Assembly: GCA_963741945.1 (NCBI GenBank)
Contig: CAVUKA010000001.1
Coordinates: forward strand, 64,001-128,000
From: an uncultured Gemmatimonadales bacterium
GTDB lineage: Bacteria > Gemmatimonadota > Gemmatimonadetes > Longimicrobiales > RSA9
Length of the DNA: 64,000 nucleotides
Direction: 5' to 3'
Part shown: positions 60,166 through 64,000 of the stretch, in pieces
Position numbering within the stretch: the first letter of the stretch is position 1
Layout: each line of letters begins with the position of its first letter
Position numbers and translations under genes: made by a program
The notes under the pieces: model-generated
Seen by the model: only the letters and a program-made list of their open reading frames with translations
What the model was told of the DNA's origin: nothing
Database searches by the model: none

Positions 60166-60322
60166 ATCGCCACGGCAGGCAGGCGTTTCGGAACATCGGC
60201 CAAACAACCGCGCCAGGCGCGGCTGAATCGCCATCTTCGGAACGCGGCCGCGGAAGGATGAACAATGGACCGCGCTGCGCGCGGGAATTTGACCATCCCC
60301 CCCGGCCCGGCCCGTTCGGGAT

Positions 60323-60535
60323 TCAGTCGCCCTTGTACCGGAACGACACCTTCACCTTCGCCCGGTACGCCCGCACTTTTCCGCCCTCGATCTGCAGGTC
60401 CTGCTCGACCACTTCGGCGATCCGCAGGTCTTCGAGGCTCTGCGCCGCCCGCTCCACTGCCGCGGCGGCGGCCTTCTCCCACGACTCGGGGCTGGTGCCG
60501 ACCAGCTCGATGACCTTGTAAACGCTCTCGGGCAT
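60323..60535 (-). CDS. Dodecin (flavin-binding)
   Basis: MPESVYKVIELVGTSPESWEKAA...YRAKVKVSF; GGAGG RBS. Confidence 0.93.
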   Translation of the reverse strand: MPESVYKVIELVGTSPESWEKAAAAAVERAAQSLEDLRIAEVVEQDLQIEGGKVRAYRAKVKVSFRYKGD

Positions 60536-60668
60536 GATGTCCTCCGGAGGTGAGGGTGCGTGGAGGCACACCCGTCGGGGGACCGTCGTCAGCGCGCCCG
60601 CGGGCCGCCATGCCAGGAAACGTGGCCCGCGGGCCGTCGTCTGTCAAAAGATGCGCCGTGTTGGGCCA

Positions 60669-61622
60669 TCACCCGGCGGCGAGCTCCGCGATCTCCTGCC
60701 CGGTCATCTCGAAATCCAGGCACGCCGCGTTCTGCTCCGCGTGCTTCACCTTCGACGCGCCCGGTATCGCCACGACCGTGTCGCCGTGCGCGCGGACGAG
60801 CCACTGGAGCGCCACCTGTCCGGGGGTCGCGTCATGGTTCCGGGCGATCCTGCGCAGCATGTCGACGATGGGCCGACTGCTCTCCAGCCCCTTCTTGCGG
60901 AAGCTCCTGAGCCAGCGCCGTGGCCCGCCACGCTCCTTGATGAGGGATGGGTTCTCGTGAAATTTGCCGGTGAGAATGCCCTGCTCCAGCGGAGAGTAGG
61001 CGATGATCGTGATGCCCAGCTCCTTCGCGGCGTCGAGGACGCCGTTCCGCTCGATGCGGCGGTCGAGGAGGCTGTAGCGCACCTGGTTGCTGACCAGGGG
61101 GACCCCTCGCTCGGCCAGGTAGCGGTGGGCGCGACGCATCTTCTTTTCGCTGTAATTGCTCACCCCTACGGCGCCGACCAGCCCCCTCTCGGCCAGATCG
61201 GCCATGGCGTTCATGACCGATCGCTGGGTGGAGAGGATGCCGTGGGGATTGTGGACCTGGTGGAGGTCGATGGGATACGGGCTCAGGCAGCGGATCCGCT
61301 CGTCGATGGTGCGGCCAATGCTCCCGGCAGTCCGGAAGAAAGGCATCCACTTCGTCGCCACTCTGACCTGGCCCGGCTCGACGCCGGCGTGCCGCAGGGC
61401 TTCGCTCAGGGCACGCTCGCTGTTCCCGTTCCCGTACGCCTCGGCGGTGTCGAACCAGTTGATGCCGCCATCCAGCGTGGCCCGTACGATGGCACGGGTC
61501 GTGGCGCGGTCGAGAGAAGGCCAGTAGCGGCCGGCCATGCCCTCGCCGCCGCTGAACTGCCAGCAGCCGAGGCCGACGGGGGTGATCCTGATGGTCGAGG
61601 TGCCGAGGCTCCGAAGCTCCAT
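60669..61622 (-). CDS. Aldo/keto reductase
   Basis: GLGCWQ, FDTAEAYG, VATK, DLHQVH, GVSNY, NQVRY, AYSPL, IPGA. Confidence 0.93.
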   Translation of the reverse strand: MELRSLGTSTIRITPVGLGCWQFSGGEGMAGRYWPSLDRATTRAIVRATLDGGINWFDTAEAYGNGNSERALSEALRHAGVEPGQVRVATKWMPFFRTAGSIGRTIDERIRCLSPYPIDLHQVHNPHGILSTQRSVMNAMADLAERGLVGAVGVSNYSEKKMRRAHRYLAERGVPLVSNQVRYSLLDRRIERNGVLDAAKELGITIIAYSPLEQGILTGKFHENPSLIKERGGPRRWLRSFRKKGLESSRPIVDMLRRIARNHDATPGQVALQWLVRAHGDTVVAIPGASKVKHAEQNAACLDFEMTGQEIAELAAG

Positions 61623-61788
61623 GGGCGGTTCCGTCGAAGGAGGTGAAACGCCTGGCCGCCGGGCGCCTCCAACATACCCGCTCGTCCGGCGACTCGGGAA
61701 GGCCGGACGGGGCGAGGCCCCGCGCATCCGCATTGACGAGCCTCTGCTCCCGCGCGACCTTCCGGCCCGGGAACAACGGAGGAGGCTC

Positions 61789-62985
61789 ATGGCGAGCGGC
61801 GACGGCGAAGTCATGGAACGCGGAGCCCACCCGTGGGGACTCCGTCGCCACCCGGTCGCGTGGGGTGTGGCGGTTGCCCTGGTCCTCGCCGCGGGATGGC
61901 TGGCCGTTCGCGCGCTGACCCCCGCTGCCGTGTCGGGCGTGGCGCTGCAACAGCGCGATGTGGTGAGCACGCTGGTCCTCACCGGCCGTGTCCGGCCGCC
62001 ATCGCGGGTGCAGGCGGGCGCCACCATCGTGGGGACCGTGGAGCGGGTTCCCGTGCGGGAAGGAGACCGTGTTCACGGCGGTGAGGTCCTGGTCGTGCTG
62101 GACGACCGTGAAGCCCGGGCCGCCGTGGCCCAGGCGGAAGCCGCCGTGGCGGAAGCCGCGGCCCAGACCAGCGCCACCGTGCAGCAGGCCGAGAACGAGC
62201 TCCGGCAGGCGGAGCGCGACCTGGAGCGCGTCCAGACCGTGTTCGCGGCGGGCGCGCTGACGCAACAGCAGGTGGAGCAGGCCCGCCAGCGGGCCGACGA
62301 CGCCCGCAGCCGCCTGGAAGCGGCCCGGGCTCACACCGCCCCCGGGTCCAACGCGACGGTCGCCGGGGCTCGAGCCGCTCTGGAGACGGCCCGTGCCCGC
62401 CTGGCGCTCACCCGGGTGGTGGCACCGGCCGCCGGGGTGGTCCTCACCCGCGAAGTGGAGCCCGGAGACGCCGTCCAGCCTGGGCGTGCCCTGCTGGACC
62501 TGGCGCTGGACGGACCCACCGAGCTCGTGGTGTTCCCCTCCGAAGAGAATCTCGGCCAGCTCCGCGTCGGCGCCCCGGCCACGGCCTCGGCGGATGCCTA
62601 TCCGGACTCGACGTTCGCGGCACGGATCTCCAGCATCGCGCCCGCCGTGGATCCCACCCAGGGCACCATCGAAGTGCGGCTCGGGGTGGACGCCCCTCCC
62701 GCCTACCTGCGCCCGGACATGACCGTCTCGGTGAACATCGAAGCGGGTCGGAGCCCCGGGGCATGGGTGCTCCCGGACCGGGCGGTCCGGGGCCTCGGCA
62801 CCGACTCGCCCTGGGTCGCGGTCGCCCGCGACGGCAGGCTCGTCCGCCAGCCGGTGGCCGTGGGGCTCCGGGCCGACCCGCTCGTGGAGATCCTCTCCGG
62901 CGTGGAGCCCGGCGAGCTCGTGGTTCCGCCCGCCGGCTCTCCGGAGCTGGGCAGGCGCGTCCGGGTTCGCTCCCCGGAGAGCTGA
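61789..62985 (+). CDS. Efflux periplasmic adaptor (HlyD/MacA-like MFP)
   Basis: TM anchor, lipoyl halves VREGDRV/APAAGVV, alpha hairpin, LRPDMTVSV; GGAGG RBS. Confidence 0.9.
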   Translation: MASGDGEVMERGAHPWGLRRHPVAWGVAVALVLAAGWLAVRALTPAAVSGVALQQRDVVSTLVLTGRVRPPSRVQAGATIVGTVERVPVREGDRVHGGEVLVVLDDREARAAVAQAEAAVAEAAAQTSATVQQAENELRQAERDLERVQTVFAAGALTQQQVEQARQRADDARSRLEAARAHTAPGSNATVAGARAALETARARLALTRVVAPAAGVVLTREVEPGDAVQPGRALLDLALDGPTELVVFPSEENLGQLRVGAPATASADAYPDSTFAARISSIAPAVDPTQGTIEVRLGVDAPPAYLRPDMTVSVNIEAGRSPGAWVLPDRAVRGLGTDSPWVAVARDGRLVRQPVAVGLRADPLVEILSGVEPGELVVPPAGSPELGRRVRVRSPES

Positions 62986-62986
62986 C

Positions 62987-64000
62987 GTGCCCTTCGAGCT
63001 ATTCGTCGCCCTCCGCTACCTGCGGGAAGGCCGGCTCCAGACGTGGCTCATCCTGGCCGGCGTGGGCGTGGGCCTCGGGGCCATCATCTTCGTGTCCGCC
63101 CTCATCACCGGTCTCCAGCAGAGCCTCGTGGACCGCACGCTGGGGAGCCAGGCCCACGTGGTGGTGCGCCCGCCGGAGGAGATGCCCCGGGTCCTGCCGG
63201 ACCCCGACTCCGCACTCCGTGCCACGGTGCTGCAGCGGCCGCCGCAGCGCGTGCGGTCCATCGTGGAATGGCAGCGCGTGCAGGACGTCCTTCGTCGCAT
63301 CCCGGGCGTGGTGGCCGTGGCGCCTACCGTGGCCGGGCCCGCCATGGCCGCGCGCGGGCTCGGCGCCACCTCGGTGACGGTTCGGGGCATCGACATCGCG
63401 AGCTACGAGCCCATCGTCGAGCTGGAAGGCAAGCTCGTGGACGGAGCGTTCGACCTGACGGGGTTCCATGCGGTGGTGGGCACCGAGCTCGCCCGGACGC
63501 TGGGGATCACGGTGGGGAGCCGGATGCGCGTGCAAGCCGCCGGAGGTCGGGCCGGGGTCTACACGGTCTCGGGGATCTTCGACCTGGGCAGCAAGGACCT
63601 CAACGAGCGCTGGGTCTTCGTCTCGCTCCGCGGCGCCCAGACCATGTTCGACCTCGAAGGGGGCGTCTCCACGCTCGAAGTGAAAGGCACGAAGATCTTC
63701 CAGGCCGAGGACCTGGCGGCCCGCATCGAGGACCGTACCGGGCTGGACGCGGAAAGCTGGATGACGCGGAACAGCGACTTGCTGGTGGGCCTCCGCTCCC
63801 AGAGCCAGTCCAGCCGGATGATCCAGGTGTTCGTCATGCTCGCCGTGGCGCTGGGCATTGCCAGCGTGCTCGCCGTCTCCGTGGTGCAGAAGTCACGGGA
63901 GATCGGCATCCTCAAGGCCACGGGCACCCGCACGGCCTCGATCACCCGCATCTTTCTTCTCCAGGGCGCCATCCTCGGGACCGTCGGCTCCCTGCTCGGC
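62987..64000 (+). CDS. ABC permease, LolE/MacB-FtsX family (truncated by window end)
   Basis: Manual translation from GTG: MPFELFVALRYLREGRLQTWLILAGVGVG...SVVQKSREIGILKATG. Confidence 0.9.
   Translation, partial: MPFELFVALRYLREGRLQTWLILAGVGVGLGAIIFVSALITGLQQSLVDRTLGSQAHVVVRPPEEMPRVLPDPDSALRATVLQRPPQRVRSIVEWQRVQDVLRRIPGVVAVAPTVAGPAMAARGLGATSVTVRGIDIASYEPIVELEGKLVDGAFDLTGFHAVVGTELARTLGITVGSRMRVQAAGGRAGVYTVSGIFDLGSKDLNERWVFVSLRGAQTMFDLEGGVSTLEVKGTKIFQAEDLAARIEDRTGLDAESWMTRNSDLLVGLRSQSQSSRMIQVFVMLAVALGIASVLAVSVVQKSREIGILKATGTRTASITRIFLLQGAILGTVGSLLG

Overview
GC-rich bacterial window, coding-dense, with about 40 genes and no rRNA, tRNA, CRISPR or transposase detected. Gene content (ADOP permease, tricorn proteases, TonB receptor, PqiABC) suggests a diderm such as Gemmatimonadota; this is inference. 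The most striking locus is a translationally coupled minus-strand operon: acyl-CoA dehydrogenase (19267-20955), a 2690-aa PfaA-like type I PKS/FAS (11198-19270) and an Sfp-type PPTase (10413-11201). The synthase is ordered KS-AT-KS-ACP-ACP-KR-DH, both KS domains retain Cys-His-His, and there is no ER or TE. Both ACPs read LGID-T-VKQ instead of GxD-S and contain no serine, which raises the possibility of threonine-linked phosphopantetheinylation. Co-oriented downstream are a USP gene and pqiABC (MCE lipid transport). The rest is rich in peptidases and peptide/solute transporters: two tricorn proteases, M14, S9A, M20, an HExxH protein, POT and SSS transporters. Other loci are an SBP-HK-sigma54 activator-TPR module with a visible enhancer/promoter, a frameshifted TonB receptor-cytochrome c-ScyD/E operon, an NhaR-like LysR with its palindrome, an AbiEi/DUF559 gene with adjacent palindromic repeats, and several tandem repeats (42 bp x8, 9 bp x27, 33 bp x3, 40 bp x2).
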